NCBI RefSeq assembly: GCF_006345805.1
Contig: NC_043017.1
Location: 22,010,001-22,074,000, forward strand
Length of the DNA stretch: 64,000 nucleotides
Source: Octopus sinensis
Taxonomy: Eukaryota
Reading direction: 5' to 3'
Shown here: positions 52,430-64,000 of the stretch, one piece after another
Layout: the number at the start of each line of letters is the position of its first letter
Numbering within the stretch: position 1 is the first letter of the stretch
The notes under the pieces: model-generated
What the model saw: the letters and a program-made list of their open reading frames with translations, nothing else
Told to the model about the DNA's origin: nothing
The model's database searches: none
Translations under genes and position numbers: made by a program

Positions 52430-53020
52430 GCTTCCATCTCAGTTCAAAATATTTAACTAAATTGTCTTCCCTTCATCATGGACGACTTCTGGATGGCCTT
52501 TGCCAATATCATGGACATCACTCAACAACTGCATGGATCCACCTGTTGTCTGTGAATCATGTGGCATGTCCAGTCCAGCAGAACATATGCTTTCTGTGTT
52601 CTGCAATTGTGTCATTCACACTTCTCCATTCTGAAATTACCTCCTTTAGGATATGCTCTGGCAATGGTGATCCTAACTTGGATCTTTCCAAGGACCGTTG
52701 CATCATCACCAATTGATGTTCTTCCCTCTTCATAGCAGCCCAAGTCTCACTTATGTATAAGAGCACAGGCAGGACAGAACCATTGAAGAAACTGTCCTGG
52801 GGACAGTTGAACTGCTTTACCTTGAGTGCATCATTGGTGAGCTACTGAACCACACCCAATTTGTAGAAGACATTGAACTCATTGCCAAAAGCACTGACCA
52901 ACTGCAGACCATGCTGACTGAGCCAGACACTCATTGCTTAGCAGAAGGCCTCAAGGAGAACAACACGAAGATACAAGGAGAAACATGTTGGTTTGTTGAC
53001 AATCCACATCTCTAGTAAAC
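52430..53020 (-). mobile_element. RTE-clade LINE remnant with an inverted 5' segment
   Basis: Minus 52430-52800: FFNGSVLPVLLYISETWAAMKREEHQLVMMQRSLERSKLG...WTGHAT*FTDNRW. Plus ~52805-53010: IIGELLNHTQFVEDIELIAKSTDQLQTML, a decayed FADD RT motif. Confidence 0.85.
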
Positions 53021-53709
53021 TGACGAACACTAAGCCTTCTCAAGGTCTACATATCTGATGGGAAGAAGTTAAGAAATTGTCCATCACTTGACAACCGATG
53101 TTGGTATCTTTACATCCCAGATCTTAGTGATTCAGCAAAAGAGACCAATAGAATAAATACTCGGCTTAGAAAAAAATAAGTCCTGGGGTCGATTTCTTCG
53201 ACTAAAGGCAGTGCTCCAGCATGGCCACAGTCAAATGACTGAAACAAATAAAATGATAAAAGAATTAAAAAAATGGTAGGAATAGTTTCTAAAACTACCT
53301 TTCCAGTCTCCCACCCCCACCCACCCATTCTCCAATAATCCCTATCTGAATCTGAAATCTTACAATCTTATCAGATATCCTTGTTGGTCTGCAAACCACT
53401 TCATGACTTAGAAATGCAGCTTTATGTCTATCCTTTATTAATATCTGAAGATTATCCCTTGAGGTTTCACATTGTCAACCAATGAACGCCGCCTTAATGA
53501 TTCTCAACCATTATTCTAAGATCACAGAGTCACAATGTAACACCTACAATTCAAATTAAAAAATCAACATAGTCACATTAGTTGCATTCCTCTCTAACCA
53601 TTATTGATATGAAATATAGCAGGTGCTTTATGCTATTGCATTCTAGTAAATTAGATTCTAAGGAGTGAACGAGGGTAAATAAAAATGAAAAAGAAAAACA
53701 CAACTACTA

Positions 53710-54720
<1,011 letters not shown>

Positions 54721-55222
54721 ATCACCAGTGAATTACATGGACAGCATGAAATGGAGCCCTGACTCTTAAAATGTTACAAGCAGGATCAGGTGCATCTTTC
54801 TGTGGCTCCAATATTCTTCAAGTTACCATCGTAGTTTCAAGACTTTCTTTTCTGAAAGAGACGTCTCAATTCCCTGTCACCAACACACACAGAGTAAATT
54901 CAGACGAAAACAGACAAACGACAGCTTATAATCGTTAGTTATCAGCTTGTACAAAACGACATATTATAAGGTAACAACTGAGAAAGTGAGAGATCAAAAG
55001 TCTTGTAAGAAGTGGAAAACAGATCATATGGTTTTTTCACAAGACTTCCTAATTCCATGACAAGAACATAAGAGTGTGGACGGTGGTGGGCAGGGGGTGG
55101 GGGTGGGAGTACATAAACGGTTTCTTTAAGAGTGATACATGAAAAACTCGTTTCAGCTATTTAACTTTGCAATTATTCATGTGGCAACAAAGAAGGAAAT
55201 AAGAACACACAACACAGGAACT

Positions 55223-55263
<41 letters not shown>

Positions 55264-55954
55264 TGCGTGTGTGTGTCTGTGTGTCTGCATGTGTCTGTGT
55301 GTGTGTGTGTCTGTGTGTGTCTGTGTGTGTGTGTGTGGATACATATTTATATATGTGTGTGTGTGTGTGTGTGTGTGGATACATATTTATATGTGTGTGT
55401 GCGCTTATATACATACACGTATGTATGTATATATGTGGCAAGGAGGAGGGAGAGAAAGAGAGATTAGACATCAAACAGAATACATCTTTGTCCAGTTCTC
55501 ATCTCATGACAAACCGTTCTCCTTCAAGATGAATGAAATTTTAAGTGAGTCATAAAGACAAAAGAAGAAAAACAATAAGATCAACAAAAAAAAAACAAAA
55601 AAAAACAAGTAGCCAACATCATTCCTCCATAGAAGGAGGGTTAAGGATAAACAATAATGTTTTGACTATGAGGAATATGGAATAATTTGGAAGTTGAAGA
55701 ACTACACTGAGACAGCATATAATAAAACTATGATGATAGAAATAGATAGTTCAGTTTGTATCTAAATAAGAAGATGCACTAAAATGCACCAACCACACAC
55801 ACACACACATACATCAAGATTTTTTTTCTTCATATATCGTGTGTACAGGCAGAAGCAGATAAAAATCTCCCATGCAGGGCTGTCCTTGCAGTATCATATG
55901 TCCTCAGATGAATCAAAGAACTGGGCCCTATAATATTTATTTATTTATATTTTT

Positions 55955-56200
55955 CCGTGCCGGTGGCACGTAAAAAGCACCATCCGTCCGTGATCGTTTG
56001 CCAGCTCCATCTGGCACCTGTGCGGGTGGCACCTAAAAAGCACCCACTACACTCACGGAGTGGTTGGCGTTAGGAAGGGCATCCAGCCGTAGAAACACTA
56101 CCAGATCGGACTGGGCCTGATGCAGCCTTCTGGCTTCACAGACCCCAGTTGAACCGTCCAACCCATGCTAGCATGGAAAGCGGACGCTAGATGATGATGA
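55955..56200 (+). mobile_element. RTE-type 3'UTR fragment (family D)
   Basis: gtgccggtggcacgtaaaaagcacc x2 ... gcatggaaagcggacgctagatgatgatga. Confidence 0.85.
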
Positions 56201-56694
56201 TTTATTGATGCAGCACGGATTTTTGTCAGTGAACAGGTCGCGGTCTTAAAGCGACAAAAATATTTTGACAAATTAAACTTAAATGTTGAAGTGAATCGAA
56301 CGGCTTTTGTGTGTTTCTTAAATGGCTTACAAACACCTTCCACGCTGCAATTGTTTTCGTTTCAGCACACGATCTCAGATCAAATCACTTGCTATGCAAG
56401 TACATCTCCGTAATATATATTTATTTCTAAACAGTAAGCCACAGCATACATAGATCCCTTGACCTGTGGATCCTCTGGGGAACTTCCCCAACGTGCCTAT
56501 TCGGTAAGACAGCATTTTGCTTCCTTGCCAAAGTCTGAAGACTTATAGTTTTTTTCTTGCAAAAGAAACAGCAGTGGATCCTCATTGCTTTTCTGCTGGT
56601 TTATTTAATGGTTACTTTGCTCTTTTAGTCTCCTGTTCTCTCATGCTTACCCCTGAAGCACAATGAAACTGGTTCATGTGATGTCACATAAAGG

Positions 56695-56930
56695 TGTAGG
56701 AGTGGCTGTGTGGTAAGTAGCTTGCTTACGAACCACATGGTTCTGGGTTCAGTCCCACTGCGTGGCACATCGGGCAAGTGTCTTCTACTATAGCCTGGGG
56801 CCAACCAAAGCCTTGTGAGTGGATTTGGTGGAGGAAAACTGAAAGAAGCCTGTCGTATATATGTATATATATGTATATGTGTGTGTATACGTTTGTGTGT
56901 CTGTTTGTCCCCCCAACATTGCTTAAAAGA
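56695..56930 (+). mobile_element. SINE family A, 5' part
   Basis: ggtgtaggagtggctgtgtggtaagtagcttgcttacgaacc... Confidence 0.88.
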
Positions 56931-57079
56931 TATGCAATGTGACCAGAAGACTAGAAGTATGAGGGTTCACCAGTAAATTCCAGTAACAGGCCATGGGGGT
57001 TAACATGTTAAGTCCTTTTTTTTTACTATTCTAGCATGGGTGAGATGAAGAAATTCATGTAGAATTGTTTTATGCCTGG

Positions 57080-57672
57080 ATACCTTTACTTTCTGGAGGG
57101 GCCAGTCGATTAGATCGACCCTAGTATGCAACTGGTACTTAATTTAACGACCCCGAAAGGATGAAAGTCAGAGTCGACCTTGGCAGAATTTGAACTCAGA
57201 ATGTAAAGACAGATGAAATACCATTAAGTATTTTGCCTGGAGTGCTAACGTTTCTACCAGCTCGCTACCTTGAAAACTTACACATAACCAGTTTGAAACC
57301 CACCTGCCTCTGTTCTATGATAGAGTTATATTCATATTTCAGGTAGTTATAATTAAATGAAACTTTTTCATTATAATTACGAACCTTCTTTTATGTTCCA
57401 GGGACTAGATTAATTATGCAAAGCAACAAAAATAAATAAATATACAAATAAATAATAATAATGATCCTTTCTATTATAGGCACAAGGCCTGAAATTTGCT
57501 GGAGGGTGATAATCGATTACATCGACCCGGTGTTTTACTGGTACTTAATTTATCAACCCTGAAAGGATGAAAGGCAAAGTCGACCTCGGCGGAATTTGAA
57601 CTCATAATCTAATGCCAGGCAAAATACTGCTAAGCATTTCCCCTGGCATGCTAACGATTCTGCCAGCTCACT
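57080..57672 (-). mobile_element. Two SINE family C copies (~57080-57272 and ~57465-57672)
   Basis: Family C core in both. Confidence 0.85.
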
Positions 57673-58239
57673 GTCCTTGATTAGAAAATATATTGCATAT
57701 AAATGACATTTAATAATGGACAGATATAAATATCGTTAATGAATGCTCCATTCTATTAGACAAAAAAAAAAAAACAAGGCTAAAAAAATAAACGACTAGC
57801 TTAATTATTTTCCCTCTGTCAGTATGAGAAGTAATTCATTTGAAATATTTAGACATATAAACTTTTAAGAGGGTTATTACAGAATACGTCACATCAGAAA
57901 ATAAGCGTAAAGAGAGGGCTAGTTTAAGACATCTGTCTACTGTAATTATTTAAATGAGGTCATTTGAGATCAGAAAATTAATTTGTAAGGTCATTTAACT
58001 GGAGTCATTTAAAAAGATATTTATTGAAGAAATGATATTGTTTTTGAATGTAAAGTCACTTTAAGATCATTTTAGAAATTTTGTTGAGGTAAATGAATTG
58101 GTAATTATTCACTTAACAAAAACTGTTTAAGAGAACTTAATTAAGGCAAATTATTTCAACATTAAAGATTTGTCCATCAATTAAAACTTTATCTCTTTCC
58201 AACTTCACTCCATCCACATTCATCCACTCATGTATAATG

Positions 58240-58680
58240 CAGATCAGCCTTTAGTATCCTTCATGTCAGCATGCCTGTTCCTGTCAATTCTCTTGAGCTG
58301 ATCTGCCAAGCATTTGTACACTACTGAGGGGAGTGCAAAGTCAGATGGGTAGGCCACCACTTTGAATGACATGTGACTCCCCCAAGAGACTGTTTTACAG
58401 TGAACTGGCAGAAGGCAGGCACATGCAAGATGCCTCACTGAAGGGCTTTCAGATCAACCCCAACACTGGGGAAACACAAGGACAAGACAAAGCTGAACCA
58501 ACAGAGGTACCAACTCCTACGAACAGAACAGGATTGCAGGGGCACAATGAAAATGTGAACTGAGCAAGCCCAGAGATAACAACTTGCCTACAGTCCCTGC
58601 AGATCACTAATGTCCAGTCTGTGGCAGAGCCTTCCGAGCATGCAGCTTTGGTCATCATCAACAACAATGACTGATGAGCT
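58240..58680 (+). mobile_element. RTE/BovB-like LINE 3' remnant
   Basis: Decayed ...VRWVGH...PKRLFYSELAEGR...DASLKGFQINPNTGETQGQDK, matching the RTE 'RLPKxLFYGEL..G' C-terminal motif; ends in caacaacaatgactgatga. Confidence 0.75.
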
Positions 58681-59099
58681 AATCAAATCATAATCCTCAT
58701 ACTTTAACCCCTAATACATAACCCAAAAAGCCACCTCCCTCTCTACTATTCTCTTTCTGAGTCAGGGTTGCACTTTTGTCTTATGAGCTATAAGGTGACC
58801 TCACTAGTGCTGGTGCCACAGAAAAGCATCCAGTACACTCTGTAATGAGTGTACTGAGTGTAAGAAAGCCAACAGTCCATAAAACCATACTAAAACTGAG
58901 ATACTGGAGTAAGAAGTGGTCTTCCAATCCATTGGATCCTCTTGAATCAATCCATGTCAGCATGGATTATAAACTTATAATAATAACAATAATATAATAA
59001 TATAATGTTGTAATAATAACAATAATATTATATACTTATTATAATAGCAATAATAATGATGATGATAATGATAATAGTAATAATAATAACAATAATAAT

Positions 59100-59285
59100 A
59101 CTTTCTATTATAGGCACAAAGCCTGAAATTTGTGGGGAGGGGGTAAGTTGATTACATCAAATCCAGTACGTAACTGGTACTTATTTAATTGACCCCAAAA
59201 GAAGGAAAGGTTGACTGGGTGTTGATGGAATTTGAACTCAGATCATAAAGACAAAATGCTGCTAAGCATTTTGGCCAGCATGTGC
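59100..59285 (-). mobile_element. SINE family C
   Basis: Family C core next to an (AAT)n tract. Confidence 0.8.
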
Positions 59286-59960
59286 AGTGCCAGGCAGTGG
59301 CTCCCACGGCTTTTGATCGTAATTGAGTGGAGGTATTATCCTGTACATTGTTTTGTCTTGGTATAAAAGATGGGCTACAGCAAATATTCTGCTCAATACC
59401 ACAGATTTGCTTGTTAGTTGTTTGACCTTAACCAGTTGAGCATGTCCCTTAGTGGCTGAGGATATGTGCATCTCTGATCATGAGCAGAAGTAGTGGGGGA
59501 GCATCATAGCCATGTATTGAGAGGATTTCTTTGGAGTTTGAATAATACATGGGTGTTTTGTTCAACATTCTTAAATGACACTTATTCCAGGACCTGAGTG
59601 AGTTGGGCTACTTGACCTAAAGAAAATTCTGAGCCCCTACCTGCAAGGTCATGCACTGCTTATCTTGATATGAGATCACCATGTCACACACATATGGTTG
59701 TGATGCATGTGCCTGGTGTACCCTTATCAGATGAGTAGTCATGATGGGTATACTGGGCTTCATATATTTTACCCCAGTACCACTTTGATGGCACGCACTG
59801 CTCTCTCACTCAACAACAACAGTAATAATATTGAGCTGCTGTCAGGCTTGTAGTGATCTAGAAGACAGCATTGTTGGGTACAGCTCACATTCAAAGGAGA
59901 GTGTAGTCTCTTTGAGTCACAGGAGAAGGCACTACTTGAAACCTTAGCTGATGTGATATT
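59286..59960 (+). repeat. Dispersed repeat family E, long copy, unclassified
   Basis: Shares a segment with 32265-32438; more GC-rich than its flanks. Confidence 0.7.
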
Positions 59961-60064
59961 GCCTGTTTTCAAGTAAAGAATAACCAGTAATTAAGAACTA
60001 TCTGAGAGTCTTTATTATTATTATTGTTGTTGTTGTTGTTATTATCATTATCAATAATAATAAT

Positions 60065-60133
<69 letters not shown>

Positions 60134-60149
60134 TACAGAATTTAATTCC

Positions 60150-60475
60150 ATAAGAACAAAAAGATTGCAGGAAGCAGGAAGAAGGTGAGAGGAACACATG
60201 ATCTATTATACATAGACAAAGCAATCCTAAAAGAAGTGAGATCTAGAAGAAAAAAATTTAATGATAACAAGGATAGATTATAAGAAAGCATATGACACGA
60301 TTCCACACTCATGGTTAAGTGAATGTTTAAGCATATTCAGTATTGCAGACAACATAAGAGAATTAATTAGCTTTTGCATGAAAGATGGAAAATAGATCTC
60401 TACTCAGCCTTAAGGAAAGTGAATCTGAAGAGAGGAATTTTCTAGGGAGGTTCATTATTCCTTTTAATATTTGTG
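60150..60475 (+). mobile_element. R4/Dong-like non-LTR reverse transcriptase remnant
   Basis: EQKDCRK...RGTHDLLYIDKAILKEVRSRRK..IDYKKAYDTIPHSWLSECLSIF...VNLKRGIF*GGSL (frameshifted); immediately follows a (TAA)n array. Confidence 0.85.
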
Positions 60476-60682
60476 TTTATATATATATATATAGGCGCAA
60501 TACCCTTAAAGCCAGTATGTTTTCAGCAACCCCCTCATACATGTATACATACATGTGAGTGTTTTTGTGTGTGTAAACCCTATGCATTGTTTGACAACCA
60601 GTGTTGGTTTGTTTACATCCCTGTGACTTAAACATTCAGCTAAAGAAACCAACAGAAGAAGAGGTAGATTTACAAAATAAAT

Positions 60683-60911
60683 ATTTGTTTCTTTATTACC
60701 CACAAGGGGCTAAACATAGAGGGGACAAACAAGGACAGACAAACAGATTAAGTCGATTACATCGACCCCAGTGCGTAACTGGTACTTAATTTATCGACCC
60801 CGAAAGGATGAAAGGCAAAGTCGACCTCGGCGGAATTTGAACTCAGAACGTAACAGCAGATGAAATACGGCTACGCATTTCACCCAATGTGCTAACGATT
60901 CTGCCAGCTCA
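60683..60911 (-). mobile_element. SINE family C, well preserved
   Basis: Close to the apparent consensus of the other C copies. Confidence 0.9.
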
Positions 60912-61638
60912 AAGTCAATTTGCTTAACTAAACTCTTCAAGATGTAACCTTGCATGGCTGTAGTCCAATGACTGGAGCAAATCAAAGATAAAATATAATT
61001 GAGTTTTTTTGGCGTCGAAATACAAACAAAATTGAATTCTACACGAGAAGCGTTTTACCATTTCATAGAATACAAAATTCAAAATGAAATGTTTGTGAAA
61101 ATTGGGATTGATCCGATGACATGAAATTAATTTTTCTATCATGGAGATGTTAAAATTGAAATACAGTATTTCAGACTAATCAACACACACACACGCACGC
61201 ACGCACGCATACGGAGGTAATTATAAATGAAATAATTAGGTATAAAATAATTATAAATATAGCAAAATGGCACCATTGAAGATTCTTGTTTCTGTTCACT
61301 GACAGATTAATTATTGCCAAATCAATGAAAGTCATTTAAAAAAAATGGAATGATTTTTATCACTTTACTAGGTTTTTACATACACACACACACACACACA
61401 CACACATACATACACACACACACACACGCACACACACACACACACATAACAATAAAGTAAATGCATTTACTTTGCTATACTGAATTTCCAGTTTTCCTTT
61501 GCATATGTTGTATGTATACACACTCATACTAATGTATATAACACACACACATCTACATACGCAAATATATACATATATATATAAGTGTATCATTTTAGTA
61601 TGTGTTTGAGAGAGTGTGTGTGTATATATGTATTCATG

Positions 61639-61675
<37 letters not shown>

Positions 61676-61944
61676 CAGGTAGGCACAATAAATTTAGGGT
61701 GAATACTTGATAAGTGAAAGCACCTGTATACTCCAGCCAGTAGCAGATGTGAGAGGGTATATGCATCAAATGAAATCAAAAACAGAACACACAGGATGTC
61801 GCGGTACATGTGTTTCAAGCTTTATAAACGACCTATTCTTACATCATTGTATAATCGACATAATGGATGTTTTAAAGCTCTCTTCAACCGCATGCAATTG
61901 CTATACCAAAGATTTACATCACATTATACATAAATATGTATGTA

Positions 61945-62290
61945 CATGTGGCTGTGTGGTAAGAAGCTTGCTTCCCAATCACATGGTTCCAGGTTCAGTC
62001 TCATTGCATGTCACCTTGGGCAAATGTCTTCTACTTTTGCCTCAGTCCACCCAAAGCCTTGTATGTGGATTTGGTAGACAGGAACTGAAAGAAGCCTGTG
62101 TGTGTGTGTGTGTGTGTAGTCATATGGTGTGTGTGTATGTGTACATGTGCAGGTATGTGTGTGTCTTTGTGTCTATGTTTATCCCTCACTACCACTTGAC
62201 AACCTGTGTTGGTATATCCACATCCCTGTAACTTAGTGGTTTGGCAAAAGAGACTGATAGAACAAGTACCAGGATTTAAAAAGAGACAAG
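61945..62290 (+). mobile_element. SINE family A, diverged
   Basis: gtggctgtgtggtaagaagcttgcttcc...ggttcagtctc...gcaaaagagactgatagaac. Confidence 0.8.
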
Positions 62291-64000
62291 ATAAAAATTC
62301 TTCAAACAAATTATGATGAAAATGTTTCATGATGTAGCAGGAACAGAATCCATCATCTTCCTCCTCATCATCATCATCGATTAACGTTTGTTTTCCATGC
62401 TGGCATGGGTTGGACGGTTTGACTGAGGTCTGGAGAACCAAAACAAAAAAATCCAATTTACTATTTTTGGTAAACGAGCAGTGCAGTCCTTGCCCACCTA
62501 AGATATATAAACCCATATAAACCCTCATATACATCTGAGTCACCATGACATTCATTTTATTTTTGCTGGTAACCATTTTATTTTGCATAGATTGAAAAGA
62601 TTAATCCTAATTTCATTCTTATTTCTAGAAAGATTCTACTGTATGTTTAAGATTATTTCAGCAATAAAAGCTGATATAAAGAGAAATAATTGGATGGTCT
62701 CTTTTTTTCCCCCCATGCTGCCTTTTTCTTTCCTGTCATTTCATTGTGCTGTATTACTCGTATATTTATGATTTCTATATTTATGAATTTGAGAACGATA
62801 AAGATTATGAGATATCAAGAAATTTCAAATTTGAAACGTAAAAAGAACAGTAAAGATACTAATGAATAAAGAGGGGAAAAAGAAAATTTTTTAATACGTA
62901 TTGCAGTTTACAGTAAAATTCGGAAAGACTATTGCCTAAAGTGACTACATTAAGTAGGGAGTGACATCTACAGGATAAAACAAGAAGGAAAAAAAGAATG
63001 AAACAAAAATTGGAGGAATATGAAAAATAAAAGCCAAATAAGTATTCAATCATATACTTTATTCTAAATTCCAAATTTGATAATGCTTCCACCATTTTTG
63101 CAAGGTGTTATATTGCTAATATCTAAGATTAATTTTTAGGCTTTCGAGAAAGAAAAGAAATTACAGACCTACCCATTAGTAAGTGGGTGTTTATCTTTGT
63201 TTTCTCATTTTTATTTTTCAACTTGAAATTCCTTTAGGTATTTACAAGTAGCTCTTTACTTCATAAACACTTCTTCTGCCAGAATTTTAACAAGTGCAAA
63301 ATGAGAGAGACAGAGAGAGACAGAGAAGAAATATTCATTTTGTAGTTACTTGTGGAATAAAAGAACAAGAGAAAAATACAGACTTAATGTAAAAAGGACA
63401 ACTTCAGTTGTAAACTGAAGAGGTAAAGTTGGTTGATAAAGAACCAAGTTCAAAGAACTACAAGACGAGACACACTGAACAATTTTTGAGAGGAAACAAC
63501 TAAGAAATTGTATTTTCTGAAGAATTCATTCAATTGGATTTTTTTTAATGAATTTTTATTTCTTTTTATTTATATTTTTATTTATATATCTATCTATTTA
63601 TATATTTATTTATTTACTCTATGAGCAATTCAACAAAGTGTTATTAAGTATCTTGCCTCAACCCCAGCATTTCGCTGAAGATGATAAATTCCGCATACTT
63701 ATTCAGAAGAAATTCGGATGTATTTTTTTTTAAACTTCTTTCATTTTTCTTTTTGCTGATTTTCTTTTGTGGTGGTGGTCGTGGTGGTAGGGTACTATGG
63801 GAAGGATTTTCTCCAACAGTAGTTGAGTTAACAATAAAGAGAGACTAAATCAATAAATAAAATAGATCCCAACTGGTTTGATTTGCAGGAAATACTTTCT
63901 GAACATGTATCTACTTCAGTAAAGATGGATAGACAGTCGAGTTTATGGAAATTACTGACTGTGCATGTTTGCATGACAAAGAGGCCATGTGTGTCTATGT

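Noticed and set aside
54725-54873. Minus-strand exon after the acceptor gtgacag
   Set aside because: All three frames are closed by stops; it could only be untranslated.
55496-55544. Plus-strand 49-nt exon (ccag|...ttaa|gtgagt) and a similar 50-nt candidate near 56450-56500
   Set aside because: Such splice-like pairs are expected by chance in 64 kb, and there is no supporting chain.

Overview
This is AT-rich eukaryotic intronic or intergenic DNA, saturated with microsatellites ((TA)n, (CA)n, (GATA)n, (AAT)n, (CAT)n) and short interspersed repeats. The repeat families look like those of an octopus-type cephalopod genome; that is inferred from pattern familiarity and not verified. There is one 100-N assembly gap. 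No intact protein-coding gene, rRNA, functional tRNA or CRISPR array is supported, and nearly all ORFs in the track are translations of microsatellites or SINEs. Supported features: many copies of several tRNA-headed SINE families (named A, B, C, F, G here), truncated LINE remnants (RTE, CR1/L2-type, and R4/Dong-like RLE elements), a mariner transposase remnant, Helentron-type non-autonomous elements, and probable hAT and piggyBac MITEs. Three weak, phase-compatible minus-strand exon candidates are also present. The most interesting signal is a set of unrelated short elements that sit in (TA)n tracts, often carry a 5' fold-back, and each contain a minimal hammerhead-ribozyme (HHR) motif with a palindromic stem III, as known for Penelope-like elements and retrozymes. 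These include a U3-A8 covariant core, three independent U4C cores, and one HHR half fused to a tRNA-derived Pol III head. All protein and family assignments are by-eye motif recognition; no searches were run.
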